Of a stretch of DNA of 64,000 nucleotides, positions 11,061 through 23,900 are shown piece by piece. Under the pieces are notes generated by a model. That model saw nothing but the letters and a program-made list of their open reading frames with translations, was not told the DNA's origin and searched no databases. The stretch comes from Chlorokybus atmophyticus (lineage: Eukaryota; Plantae; Mesostigma and Chlorokybus algae): assembly GCA_009103225.1 (NCBI GenBank), contig RHPI01001037.1, positions 124,001 to 188,000 of the forward strand, in the 5' to 3' direction. A program made the position numbers and the translations under genes. Every line of letters begins with the position of its first letter. The first letter of the stretch is position 1.

Positions 11061-12499
11061 CGCCGCCAGAGGCGTTGCGGGCGTTGTGGTCGAGGTCCGT
11101 GATGAAGCCACGTTCGCACATGGCTGGCAAGGTGCCGGTGGGGTGTCCTTGGTGGCAAACCCCACCATGCCTACTAAGGGCACAGCCAATGACAACAGTG
11201 ACTTGGGCGATATCTTACAGGGCTCCCCCTCCAAGTCGGAAAAGGCACACCACAATACTGCCTCTAAAATTATCCGACCCACCAGCAGCTGCGACCACGG
11301 CGATATGATTGAAGGGACCAAACAAGACTAGCATAACCAAGGTGGGTTACGATGCACTGTCAATGCCACATGCTAGGGTTTGATCTTGCACATGCACAGG
11401 CTCAAGTAGCTTGCACACGATATACACTGTTAATACCACATGCACAGCCTCCAGTGTCATGCACATGAACAGCATGACCATTCTTGCATATGCACAGCCT
11501 AGTTCTACTTGCGGGAGCTTACAAGTCGCAAAAGAGAAGCTGCGGAGTACCACGAACAAGTAATCCGTGACCTACTTTAATGCTTGTAGCGGCAGTATGC
11601 TTGCAGATTGCCATGTTGGTCAGACACAACGAAGAGCAGCGCGGCAGACTAACTATCTGCCTGGCGGAGTGCGACAAAGCGGAAGTCAAGGCAAGCATGC
11701 GTATGCTGATGGGCTAGTCCTCTGGCAGCATGCCACTCATATAGCATTACCAGATGCAGGTGGTCACTCTTAAAGCAACCATCAAGCGCATGCGCGTGCA
11801 CGGCGAGGTGCCGACATTTAAGCTGAAGCACGAGGTGGACGCTGTATTGTCAGCGAGCGAGGCCGCAGACGAAGGTGACTCCGATGTTGAAGCAGAAGAC
11901 TTGTTGGAGGAGAAACATGAGGAGGGGGTTGAGGAGGAGTTCTGAGGGAGGCACCACGGGTTGACAAGCTGCGCATGAGTGCGACAACTAGACTCAATGT
12001 CATAGGTAGTTTCTCGCAAGTCGACTGCTCAGTTGCAAGTGGACATACTTTCGCCACTGCTGGTATGTTGTATATATTGTTTGCTTATAGTTGCAAGACC
12101 AAACAATCGGTCCATGGTTTGTACAAGCTGCATGGCATGTTAGTGTTGGGTTACGGCAAGAATTGTCAACTCTTGACTTTCAAACGGTAAGGGTCATACA
12201 TCAACAGCAGTGTAACGGTAAAGGAACTTCAGGCTGTTGCTGTCAGCTGACCGTAACTACCGGCTAACGGCCGTTTGTGCATATTGACCAAAGGGTAACT
12301 GGTTTACAACTCTCGGCCGATCAGTGCCACTGACAACCACTTTCGGCCCGCGGCCGTCTGCGGCAATCCACATAAGCCAACGGCAAACCCAACAATCAAA
12401 AAGTGACATTTTACGCAACGGCAGGCAGGCTCGGGCAGGCTCAGACACCTATCAGTCACCCACAATCCCCGGTCAGTCACCGTGTAAAATTTGCGACGG

Positions 12500-15400
12500 G
12501 GGAACGCCGTCTTGGTGACACCCAGTGCGCCGTGTTCGTTGTCAACGACATGTATAGTGTCAGTTGAGAGAGAATGGCAGGGGTCTAGATTGGTGAGGTC
12601 AATGCCCAAGCTCCGAGCAGGATAGCTGCCCGCAAACTGGCTGAGCTCCGCCATCCGACAGGACACGTTTGGGCGCGCGTCCGTTGATCAGCACGTGCTT
12701 GCCAAGGTTTTCCACCATGATGACATTAGCATTGACCTGAGTATGGTTGTCAGGCTGGTAAGGAGTGCTGTCGTCAGGGGTTGAAGAATGCGGCAGCATT
12801 CTCAGCACGATCATGCCTCCTTTGTATAGAAAGCCCGGCGCGTCGAGGAAGATGGTGCAAGTGCCGATGATGCTGGGCCAGGGACGTATGGAGCATTCAC
12901 GCCTGGTGCGGGAGGAGGAGGAACTGTCTCATTTCAAGCCTGGTTGCCCCAAAGAGACATGCGCACGGCGTGGGCCACCTCTTAAACCATCATGCCTTCC
13001 CACGTGGCGGAGTTAACTCATAGAAGTGTCCTCGTACAACTCTATCTATGGCATTGGCAACAAATAGACAGTGTCGTTGGCGATGACGGTGGCTCCCAGC
13101 ATACTGTGGATGAACGCATCCCACTAACCATTGGTGAGGCCCACGTCGAGGATGGCCATTGCTCTGGCTCGCAGTGTGCCCTGCGTGTCGGTGAGCTCAT
13201 CGAATGTCGCGAGCGGCGTTCATGCTATCAATCAACCGTGCATACTCCGGCTTAGGCATGTGGGCAATGGCCTCAGCCACCCCTTTAACGCCCCAACGTT
13301 GGGTGCGTCTATATCGACCAGGGTGGCCACCTCATCGTACGCTTATGACGGACCGAGCGGGTGAAGGCACGGAGCCACTTCGGGCGAGAACGGAAGGCAG
13401 CCAAGGGTACAACGGCGTGGTGAGCGAACAACCAGGCGAGCAGCTGAGCACAATTGTCAGTGCTGCGGTTTATGTCTAGCAAGTTTCAAAAGTTAATGTC
13501 GGCTGGTGGGGGTTGTTGCAGCTGCTGTTTGCATCACCTGCCGGAGCAACTGAGCAACTCCTCGCTGCTGCTGTTCTTCAAAATTCCCAAGTCTCTAGCG
13601 GTGTGTTAACTATGTTGTGGTCCAAAAGTTCCCATCCCAAGGCATGCGGTTTTGAGCAGCGATGTGACTCAGCATGTTGGCAATGAGGTCTAAAAGGGAC
13701 ACCTGAAAGTAGCGTTCTAGCACGGGGGCATTGCGCTGTTTCAGCGCAGCTTGCTGTGCGGGCGTGACGACGATGACGTCTCCCACTCCTGCTTAAATTC
13801 TTCCACGGTTGAGTCTGGAGACTCACATCCCGTCCCCTCTTGCTGACGCTGCTTGTAGTCCATCCACGCTGCGTGACGGTCCTGCAAGACTGCCTGCTGT
13901 TGTGATGAACACCAGTAGTGAGCAGGGCATACAATTGTCGAACATGGTTCTCAAAGGATGTACGGCGCAGCGCCGCATCAATACTTAATGGTGTAGCTGC
14001 CAATACATGTATTGCAGCGCAACGTGCCTGCGTAAGGTCATCGCCGTGGGCCAGGTTGCACGGATTTCGTCGTTGCGAACGTAGTGGTGCCGTTTGCTAT
14101 GAAGCCCCACCCTCCCTCTGATTCCACACTGTAAAAAAACAGAATGAGCGCGTGGGTGGATAAATGTGGGTCTGAAAGTACAAACCCGCGCAAGTTGCGT
14201 TATAAAAGCGGCACCCCCGTTCCTGCCAACACCTCATCCTCTCGGATTTCGTATTCCAGGTTGGGTGTTGGTGCAGCCAAGAAATCGTGGGTGGAGTGTG
14301 CTCCTAGGTGTTGCACTGGCAAGGGCATCGTGGCGCCTAGGGTGGTGGTTTCAGCAGCAGTAGTAGCAGCGGTTGCGACAATGGTGCCTATGCCCACAGG
14401 CATGGGCACAACGACAGGAGATGCCATGGTTGTGGCCGAGAGCAAGAGTAAAGCCTCGCTCGATTGGTGATGAGGTGGGCTCAATTGCTTCAGCGAGCGC
14501 GCCGGCGAGGACCGCTTCTCCGCTGGCCGAAGGAGCTTGCAGCGCGGTGCCTGCCCCTGATGCTGGTGTGGTTGCAGCAACGGGCTGACCTGCTGTAGAC
14601 GGGCAAGCGCCAGATGCTGCTGCGCAGGCACTCTGAGTGGTTGCAGCAGCTGCGGCGAGAGCGTCCCGATTTGCTTGTGCTTTGTCTTTGCGCTCTTTGA
14701 GTCTGAAGCTGCGGTGTCGTTGACTAGACATCGCCTAGCGAGCAGAGTAGCAAGCCTGAAAGTCACCATCCCGGGCCTGGAGCTGCGCTTTCAACTCTTG
14801 AATGCGTGCTGTCATGGTATTTGCGGCTTCTGAAGCCTTGACCGCTAGCAAACGTAGTGCTGCAGCAGCGGCGCTGGGGCGAGCGTTGTCAGCCTGATGC
14901 TGTGGAGGCCGGTTGTTACCTTAATAGCCGTTGCCTTGGCGGGCTCCCGCATTGTCGTGTTTAGCGTTGTTGTTGTTGTTGTACCCGTTGTTTGGCCTGA
15001 ACTCTGGAAACTAGGCATAGCGCACTGTCTCCAAGTGACCAGTCTTGTGGCAATGTTCACATACCAGCGCAGCGTATTCCTCTGTACATTCCTTGTTATA
15101 GTGACCGTGCCGTCCACAGCGATGGCACATGACTGGAGCAACTAGAGTGGCGTGAGCTGCATGAGGTGGTCCTTTTAATAGGTGGTCCCTTTGGTGGCGG
15201 CCTCGTAGGCAGCTGATCTTGTGCACGCTCTTAGCGGCTTGGCTCAGGTGCTGTTGAGGCTGAGAGCCGTGAGACAGTGCAAGTGCCATCCAACACTGCC
15301 TTCTCCCAGACTTGTCGGTCACAAATTAACAGTGCGGCTGCTGATGGTTGCTGCAGCGTGTATCCGCATGGATGAGCGCCGTTCAGCGTTATGCGAACAT

Positions 15401-16525
15401 TGTTGCGGAGCTTTGGCTCGAGCTCAGCTACTTACACCACCGCTGCTTGCTCTTCCATTAGCACACGAAAGCCTGTATCTTATCCGACAGCAAGCCTTCC
15501 ATATGGGCATACTCTAGAACACGTCCTCGTTGGCCTTGCGCCTAAAGTGGCGCAACTCTTCAACCTTGTAGATGGTTGAAGGGTGAAAGGTACGCCGCAA
15601 AGCTGCGTACAAGTCCGCAAGGGGAGACGCAGCACGGACCACATCGATGGCAACGGTGGCAAGACGCAGAGTAACATATGCGACAAACATTGTGCTACCC
15701 GACGTTGCAGCAGGGCCAGGGGTTGGTGGCAGACTTGCAGCTGTGTCTTCCGCTGTGAGTTGATGTGTCTGCAACAGGATGGCCATGCGCTCGCGGTCTT
15801 GCCAAGTGGAGATTAGAGCGGCAATCTCCTCAGCTATTTGTCTGTGGTGTTCACTGATGGTTCCAGCGTCAGCTTGCCGGCTAACGATGCGCATCACAGC
15901 AGCAGATGGAGGACCAGGAACCGTGACACGAGCAGGTAGTAAATGAGTGGTTGGGGTGGTGACCGCAGTTGCCGTGCGTGGACTAATGGCAACGATCAGA
16001 TGCAAAGCAGCAACTGACCTGCACACAGAATGGGCCTCAAGGTCCAAATACTGCTCGGAAATCTTGAATAACAGAATCTCTGTCCAGGCATTGCTGCTCT
16101 TGTGGGCGAAGAAAGCCATCTAGGTCTTAACTTTGATGGTGAACTCGTCAAGTGCCGGAGTGCCAGGACTGTTAGAGAAGCGCAGGGCTCAGGAAGACCC
16201 GGAGGACTTCATCTCGTTGTCGTCCAAATCGTTGTCATTACCTGGGATGACCAAGGTGTACTGCCGGTGATGAGTAAGGTGGCGAGCTGCTTGCAAAGGA
16301 CGAGCCAAAAACGTGACTGCTTTTTAAGAACAAACTCGAATTGCAATGGCTGGCGTAATCTTCTTCGGTGTCAAAACTACTGCGCTTGTAGGTGAAGTCG
16401 GAGCTCAGGTTCCAGCTGTCGAGGTCGCGCGAACCTTCCTCGTCAATGGTTTCGCCAGCAGGTCCTTCGTGAATGTGTTCTCCCTCACCAAATCCCCTAC
16501 TCCTAAAAGTGATGTCAGAGATCAT
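12500..16525 (-). mobile_element. Degenerate Ty3/Gypsy gag-protease region
   Basis: Gag-like helical region 15514-16119. Two CCHC-type knuckles, CHRCGRHGHYNKEC and CEHCHKTGHLETV (second one degenerate), at ~15127-15020. Long low-complexity linker. Protease active-site region INGRAPKRVLSDGGAQPV with D at ~12655. Many stops and frameshifts. Confidence 0.8.
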
Positions 16526-16721
16526 AGTAACTGCAGCCTAGCGTGTGTATGCTCTTGCCGCTATGGCAACGACACTGTTCACTTCGCCCGCTAGTGACTG
16601 TGCAGCCCACTATATGGTGACAATGACAGTTAATGCCTTGAGGTGTAACAAAAATTGCAAGCTGCAATGTATTAATGCCGAATGCAAAACCACTCACTTG
16701 TTGCAAAGGGGTGAAACTATG

Positions 16722-17316
16722 AGTTAACAAGCTACTACCAGAGGAAGTGCTGTATCACACAGACTTTGCATGAGCAGATGGATATTTTACCAATTAAGTG
16801 AGTGAACGCGCAATCCAGTGAATGCTATGCTCCGACTGAGGATGTCAACACATTGCGGCAAGGCATCAAGTAACTCACAGGCAAGGCGATGTACACACGA
16901 ACATGCACACTTTCTTATGCGATGAGGGTTTCTTAACAACCGGGGCGGCGAGTCCACAGCTAAGTCGTTTCACAATCTCCATTCCAATGTTCACAACTTC
17001 ACCAGGTCATGCACTGAAGCAAACCGCTACTTATACAAGGCTGTCTAGTCAAGGCACGTCTGTCCAGCAATAGTTCGAACAATGCTAACGCCTACTAACA
17101 TGACATGGACAAAGCAATACGTCAAATCTTGATATAGCCGACCCGACTTCTAACTGGTCATCCATCGTGAGGTACCTACGAGTGGTGTACTCTGGAGCAG
17201 TGCTACTATTAGGTACCCACGAGTCATAGCTACAGTGCATATGTCAGCGGCAAGGGCAGCGCGTCGGCTGTAGTCATGAGCGATGGAGTGGAGCATCATG
17301 ATGGAGCGGCATGACA
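16722..17316 (-). repeat. ~595-bp LTR-like repeat, copy 2
   Basis: Homologous to 268-864. Lies ~200 bp upstream of the gag-like ORF start (16525). No convincing PBS or TSD. Confidence 0.7.
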
Positions 17317-17359
17317 ATGTGGGTAACAATAGCAACGGCAGTTCATTATCTCAGCCGTC

Positions 17360-20118
17360 CTATAGGAACGGTTGCCGTTCTCCGCGCCTTGCACTTCCCT
17401 TGCCACTACCGTCCAGGTCAATCTCATAATATGGTCCCTCAGCATGCGCTGTTTCACCCTCTGCAACTATGCCAGCATGGCCTGACCGTAGGGTCGGGGG
17501 CAGCTGCTGTTGCTGCATCTCCACTGCAACCACAGCACAACCACACAAGGTGTTCAAACACCAGACTGTCGCAATGCGGGTGCAACCACCAAACTTACAA
17601 TGCTAGCATGCTGGCAAAGTTATCATCGCATGCCAATATAAACCACTCGGTGCAGCAGAGACAAGCACACCTGTGTCGTGAAGTGCAGCATAGGACACAA
17701 CAGGTCGTGGAAGAAGCCTGACCGCCGCCCAAGCAGAAATGAAGCTGACCACCGCGCCAGCCACAAAAGCAGGCTCATTTGAGCCCCCGAACATGCTGTC
17801 CAGTGGACCTGATCCCAGCGCCACAACCACCTGTAGTGCGACGCAGTAATCAGCATTCTCACACTACTAACTGTCACAATTGCCGCGTACCTGAGGTACC
17901 ACAATAGCCAGATTCATGACTCCCATTGCAAGGCCTTGCCCTCCGCCCGAAGCAGTGGTGTACTGCGCGGTGAGTGCGTATGGCACGGACATGCTGATGG
18001 ACCATGCAATGCCAAGCAACGCGATAAGCGCAATTGCTGCGCCTTTGTCTGCTGTGTTGGGAGGCTGCGCGGCAGCGACAACCACTGTTGTTGCGGCAAG
18101 CAGGATTCCCCGCCAGGCATTACCAAATGCCCATGTGCGCGTTGCACCAAACCTTTCGCAAAGCGGCTTCACAAACGGGCTGACAACCGCCGATACTGCC
18201 TTGAACCTCACAGCAAGGAATGTTAGTAAGCTTTGCACTAACGCATGCACACCAAGGCTCACTCAGCGGGTGTGCTGTTGTCACGCACCAGCTCCAGGGA
18301 AACCACTCAGACAGTGAGTACATAATGATAGACTCACCGACTTCAACAACAAGCCAAAGCTTCCAGCACGGACGCCATTGTTGTAGGTGTCAAGCGTTGC
18401 TGATGGAGTCCCGTTCAGAGCCTGGGGCAAGCCTCCATAGACATCTGAAGCAACAATTGTGCAAACACCTTGACTAGGCATGTAGTCGGAAATTGTATTT
18501 TGTTTTACAGTAAACATGGTTGTCCGTCACACAGCAATATGTTCAGATGCATACTTACCTCGTGCCATCCAATCCGTATTGTAAAGGAAAAACGAAAACC
18601 ACCTGCCGAGTGTCAACTGTCAACCATTGTGCAACATGGACAGCGCATGGATGAGAGAATGGACGTGTGCAGACCCCAGCAATGCCAGTCTACGCACCCA
18701 AGCCAAGAGAGAGCCTGCACAACCATTAGCCTCCGCATGGACTCTGGCAGCTGCATGATGCCATCCACTGCTGCGATTGTGTCACTACAGCAGCGCCTCT
18801 TTGCAGCACCCTGACGCGCACGTCAATGGGACAAAATGAGCAGTGTACAACCATATGAGAAGTGTGCAACTTACTGTTGATGATAGCGCTGAAAAGCACA
18901 CCTCCTTGGACTGACACGATAGAGCGGTTGACTCCACATCCTCTGGTGAGTCGCCTGGCAGTGTTTCCTTTGCGACGATTAACGTTACTGCCGTGCAGAT
19001 CGCCAGGAAGAGAACCGCACAAAAGAAGGCACCCTGATTGGCACAAGCATTGCCTTAGCATGCAAGACCTGCAAGCAGCCTTTCAACGGCAGGATGCATG
19101 ACAAGGTGGGGGCGTCACCCTGCTGCTGCGTGTGCCTTACCTTGAGATCAGCACAAGCTCGCCCGCATGCTTCCGTTTGCAGGAATGGAAGCCACGCATG
19201 CCACTGACCGATCGCCCCTGCCCCATACCCAAGGAAGTTGCCAATTGACAACCACATCGCCGTGTACGCATTGGCCTCTTCTCGCTGTGTTGCACCTGCA
19301 TGACTTGGCTGTTAAACTGGTTGACAGTAACCAACCAATCCAAGAGGCAAAGTGTTGACTGGGTTCAGCTACCTGCGAGGTCAGCCACCAGTGCTCGACA
19401 AGGCCCGGCGATTGTGTTGTTGGCGATGTCTAGCAACCAGAACCCCAACACAAAGACAAGTATTGCTCGTGGGGTGCTCCCATCCAGACCGTCCCCAAGC
19501 AAGCGCCCTAGATCTGACGCGTTGCCGATCAATATGACGGCAACTGCCACCAGCACAGCACCTGCAAAATGCATGCATGCGAGCTAGGATACCAGCAGTG
19601 CATGTCACAAACGGCTGATGCATAACTGCAATCACCAAAAACGCACCAACTGCTACAAAAGGCCGCCGGCGGCCCCATTTGGTCCTGCACCGGTCAGACC
19701 AAGCTCCAACGTACGGCTGAACTAACAGGCCAGAGATTGGGCCGCAGAGCCATATGAATGACGACCAGAAGTGAGGTAGACCGAGTTCCTGAGCACAACA
19801 ATGTCTCAACTCCAGTGACTAAGCAACTTGGACAGGCGATATTCCGGTTGCGCACCTGAACGTATGGTGTGAGCAACGATAGCTGGAGAGCCCAGCCAAA
19901 CTGCACGCCTGCAAACACAACCGAGATTGCTATCAACTGCCAGCGAGGGCATGGCGCCCCACACCCTGTCGGGCCTGGTACCTGCTCACAGACAAAGACA
20001 GAGACGTATCACACGAGACGCCAGTGACGGCAGTAAAGTACACAGCGATGCTTCTTGAAACAAGGTCGAAGCACACCGCATTTGGGAAGTGGTGTACCTC
20101 TACAGTGTGCACGTCCAT
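17360..20118 (-). CDS. SUT: Sucrose/H+ symporter (SUT/SUC, GPH family MFS), multi-exon; 5' end uncertain
   Basis: Exons encode [121 protein letters not shown] and [20 protein letters not shown] introns. The last exon VEMQQQ..RQPFL* ends at 17360. Confidence 0.93.
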
Positions 20119-20924
20119 GCTGGCCTCATTTTATGAATGTGTTACATGTTGCCAGCGCCTGTCCTGCATGTTTGGACTGTGCTTTATTCGACGTTGTCGC
20201 TGGCATGCGGTGTACTGCAATGGAGGTGGTGAGCATGGCATGGTGCCTGAAATGCTAGCATCTGCTTTGAACATAGCACTGCCTCATCACACAGTGACTG
20301 CTGCATGACAAGTCATCATGAAAGTGCGAAGCCAGCAAGGTAAACATGCCCTTTGGCAGTGTGTGATAGCTCGTGCGTGCCGTTACAGCGACCGACAAAT
20401 GGCAACTAGTTGCGTGGGTGATAGGCAGTGCCGCAGTGCAAACCACCATGCTTTCAGTATGTAGTATGCAAGTACCGTGGATTACTATTGACATGCATGC
20501 CAAAAGCAAACTGAGGTGACGTCATACACCGCAAGACCAGGGCCAATGTTGACTGTGTCTCCAGCAGCCGCCTACCTGCTGGATTGCAACGCCGCCACCG
20601 CCGAGAACCACTTCCGTGGCTGTTATTCACAACGTAGCTTCAACGTCAGCACTAGAATGCTCACTCTGCCAACCGAGCCGCCACCGTACCTGCGCCAGCA
20701 ACGGCCTACGACACGGACGACGACCACCACGACCAGGCAAGCCACATGCTACATGCTGCCGGCAACGTGTGTTTTCGCCGACATGTCGACGTTTGTGTCC
20801 CAGTGAACAACGTCGGCTGTCGGTGTGTAGGTGGAGCGGAAACCCTAAACAAATTTTAACCCAGCCGCGGACGAGGCGGCGGCGGAGGAAGGAGCGGCGG
20901 AGGGAGGAGGGAGCATTGCCCAAC

Positions 20925-23900
20925 ATGCCGATGGACGAGGATATGGAGATGGAGCATGTACCTTCATCAGTTCCAACGGAGGAGGCGCCGTCCGCCGCTA
21001 CGCTGAAACATAAGGAGAGGCATTACAGGAAGAAGGACGGCGACAGGGAGGATGCTGATGGTGACGGTGCAGGCAGGGAGGAGACGGATGCTGAGAGGCA
21101 TGAGCGTCATCAGCGCCGACGTGAAGAGAAGGAGAAGAGACGAGAGGAGCGTCGTAAGCATAAGGATAAAGACAAGGACAACGATAAAGACCGGCACAAA
21201 GACAGGTGGGTGTTTGAGGCGCGTATTGAAATACTGTCATTTGCCGTGCATGTATGGTAATTACAAAAGCCGCTCTGTTGTTGGCTATGAATCTGCAGCT
21301 CTTCGGTGTGTGGCATTACCGTGTTTGTGCCTGCAAGTATGCTGATTAGAACATGAACAGGACGATGAGCTGCTTGCATAGCATGATCGCACTGGAGAGC
21401 TGATGTTAGGTACACCACGCGCGTTGTAGTTCTGTCGCTTTGCTTTGCATGTGTGTGGTGTTACTGACGCACACCCTAGGCACAGTCGGAAGGACAAGCA
21501 CAAGGACAAAGAGCATCGTCATAAACGCAAGGATGGCAGCACTGACGTTATTGCAGCGGATGGGCTGAAGCCCGATGCTGGTGTCCCAGAGTCTCCAGCT
21601 GTTTCGGCTGCTTGGACTGAAGCTGAGAACTTGGCGGTTGTCAATGGCAAACACGATGGCGAATCATTGGAAACACGTCGTGACCAAAGGCATGTTCAGG
21701 AAAGGAATGGTCCAACTCATGATGAGCACATAAATCGCGATCTCGGCAGGGAAGCAAGAGCAAACAGCCGCGATTGTGTCGAGCGCAGCAGGTCTGCTTC
21801 ACGTGATGTTGTGGATGAACCAGCCAGAGAAGTCCGAGCTAGAGAAACTTCTCGGGAGAGAGGTGAAAGGAAGCGCGATCGCAGTCGGGAACGCAGCCGC
21901 GAACGAAGCCGCGACCGGCAAGACAGGTCTGCGGATCCTGATAGGGACGGACGCAGGGAGGAACGTGGTAGGGGCAGACCGCGAGAACGAGATGATGAGC
22001 GCCTTGAACGAGACAAAAGCCAAGATCATGGTGACAAGCGCAGTGAGAGGAAAGCCAGAGACGACATCTCTCACAGAGACAAAAAGCGACGACCGGAAGC
22101 GCATGATGACAGCAGAAAGCATCAGCCTAGCAAGGAAGAAGTTGCTGTACCACAGGTCTGCTTGGCCATTTGCTGCATATCGTGTACTTATGCCGTGTAG
22201 GCAGCGCACTCATCAGTGTCAACTGCAGGAGACACCAAAAGACACTCTCAGTGCAGAAGAAGAACAGGCAAGGGTGGAAGCAGAGATCGAGAAGAGAAGA
22301 AAGCGAGCAGCGGAGTGGCAGGTGAGACAACATGTTGTTGTGTTGTGCTCATGACAGGATGACGTTGAGTAGGAAGCTGTGGGAAGGATGCGTGCCTGCT
22401 GTGCATCTTTACGTTGTTGTGCTATATATTAATCTTGCTTTTCCCCAGCGCATGAGACAGCAACAAGAGCAGGAGGCAGCCGCAGCACAGGCAACAGAGG
22501 AGCCCGAGGCAAACCGACAGCAGTGGTCCTTGGAGGGAGAGGATGAAGATGCTGAGGGTGAAGCCGCAGCTGCGGCCGCAGCTGATGAGACTGCTTTTGA
22601 TGATGCACGGTATGGATGTGCCATGTGACTTTGGTGGGAGGTGGTTGTGACACTTGGTCGTTGTAAGGGGTGATGTTTTTGCTAATTTGCTGGCTTCTAT
22701 CAGGAACTTTCCTAGTGTTGTCAAGCAAGAAGACGCCGGTGTCGCAGATGTCTTTATGACAGACGACAAGGCCACCTCACAATCAAAGGCAGCAGAAGCT
22801 GTCCCTGCTGCAGAGCCTGAGGATGATGTTGACCCACTCGACGCATTCATGGCTGCAGAGGTACTGCCAGAGGTTGCACGTCTGAAGGCAGCTGAAAAGC
22901 CAGCTGCACCAGCCGTTGCAAGCGTTAAGTCAGCGCCGCAAGCCCAGTCATCACGACGCGATTACTTTGTGGCTCCACCCAGCAATACTGCAGGTTCAAC
23001 GAAGGGTGCAGTTGTTTCTGAGGCGCAATCTGACGAAGACTATGCTACGTCTGAGAGCGAGCAGTCTGAGGGCGAGGATGAGATTCTGAAGAAGTTGACA
23101 AAGCAGAGCAAGATGGACAAGCTGGTTGCTGTTGATCATAGCACAGTGAGTACAGTGTGTGCACAGCCACTTACAGACACTGTGCACTTGTTCGCAGTCA
23201 CAGTTTACAATCAGATAGGCTTTTTGTGCATTCTTGCCGGTTCATCGGTGGTGATGTCCTGCAGATCAAGTATGAGGCGTTCAGGAAGGACTTTTATGTC
23301 GAGGCGCGAGACATACAGCGCATGACAACTGAAGAGGTCACCGAGTATCGTCAAGAGCTTGGTGGCATCAAGGTGCGCGGGAAGAACTGCCCAAAACCCA
23401 TAAAGACTTGGTCACAAGCGGGACTGCCGTCGCGTGTCTTGGACATTTTGAAGCGTAACAACTTTGACAAACCCATGCCTATCCAAGCACAGGCTATGCC
23501 TGTCATCATGAGTGGCCGCGATTGCATTGGCATCGCAAAGACTGGATCTGGCAAAACACTGGCCTTTGTTTTACCAATGCTGCGGCATATCATGGATCAG
23601 CCTCCGCTAATGCAAGGTGATGGCCCCATTGGCTTCATCATGGCCCCAACCCGCGAGCTTGTGCAGCAGATCTATTTTGACATCAGGCGCTTTGCCAAAG
23701 TGCTGAACCTGACTGCTGTATGCGTTTTTGGCGGCTCCGGCATAGCAAACCAGATTACAGATCTCAAGCGAGGCTGTGAGATTGTTGTCTGCACGCCTGG
23801 TCGCATCATTGACATTCTTTGCACCTCTGGAGGCAAGATAACCAACTTGCGAAGAGTTACATACGTGGTGCTTGACGAGGCTGACAGGATGTTTGACATG

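Noticed and set aside
12180-12332. hAT right end with AACGG-like subterminal motifs and a CAGTG terminus
   Set aside because: No matching left TIR was found, and the minus strand here reads as decayed gag-like coding sequence.
268-17316. One 17-kb LTR retrotransposon bounded by the two ~595-bp repeats (gag-PR-DNMT-RT)
   Set aside because: There are two distinct proteases (at ~12655 and ~2900), RT appears to continue beyond the left repeat, and no shared TSD, PBS or PPT was found. A nested pile fits better.
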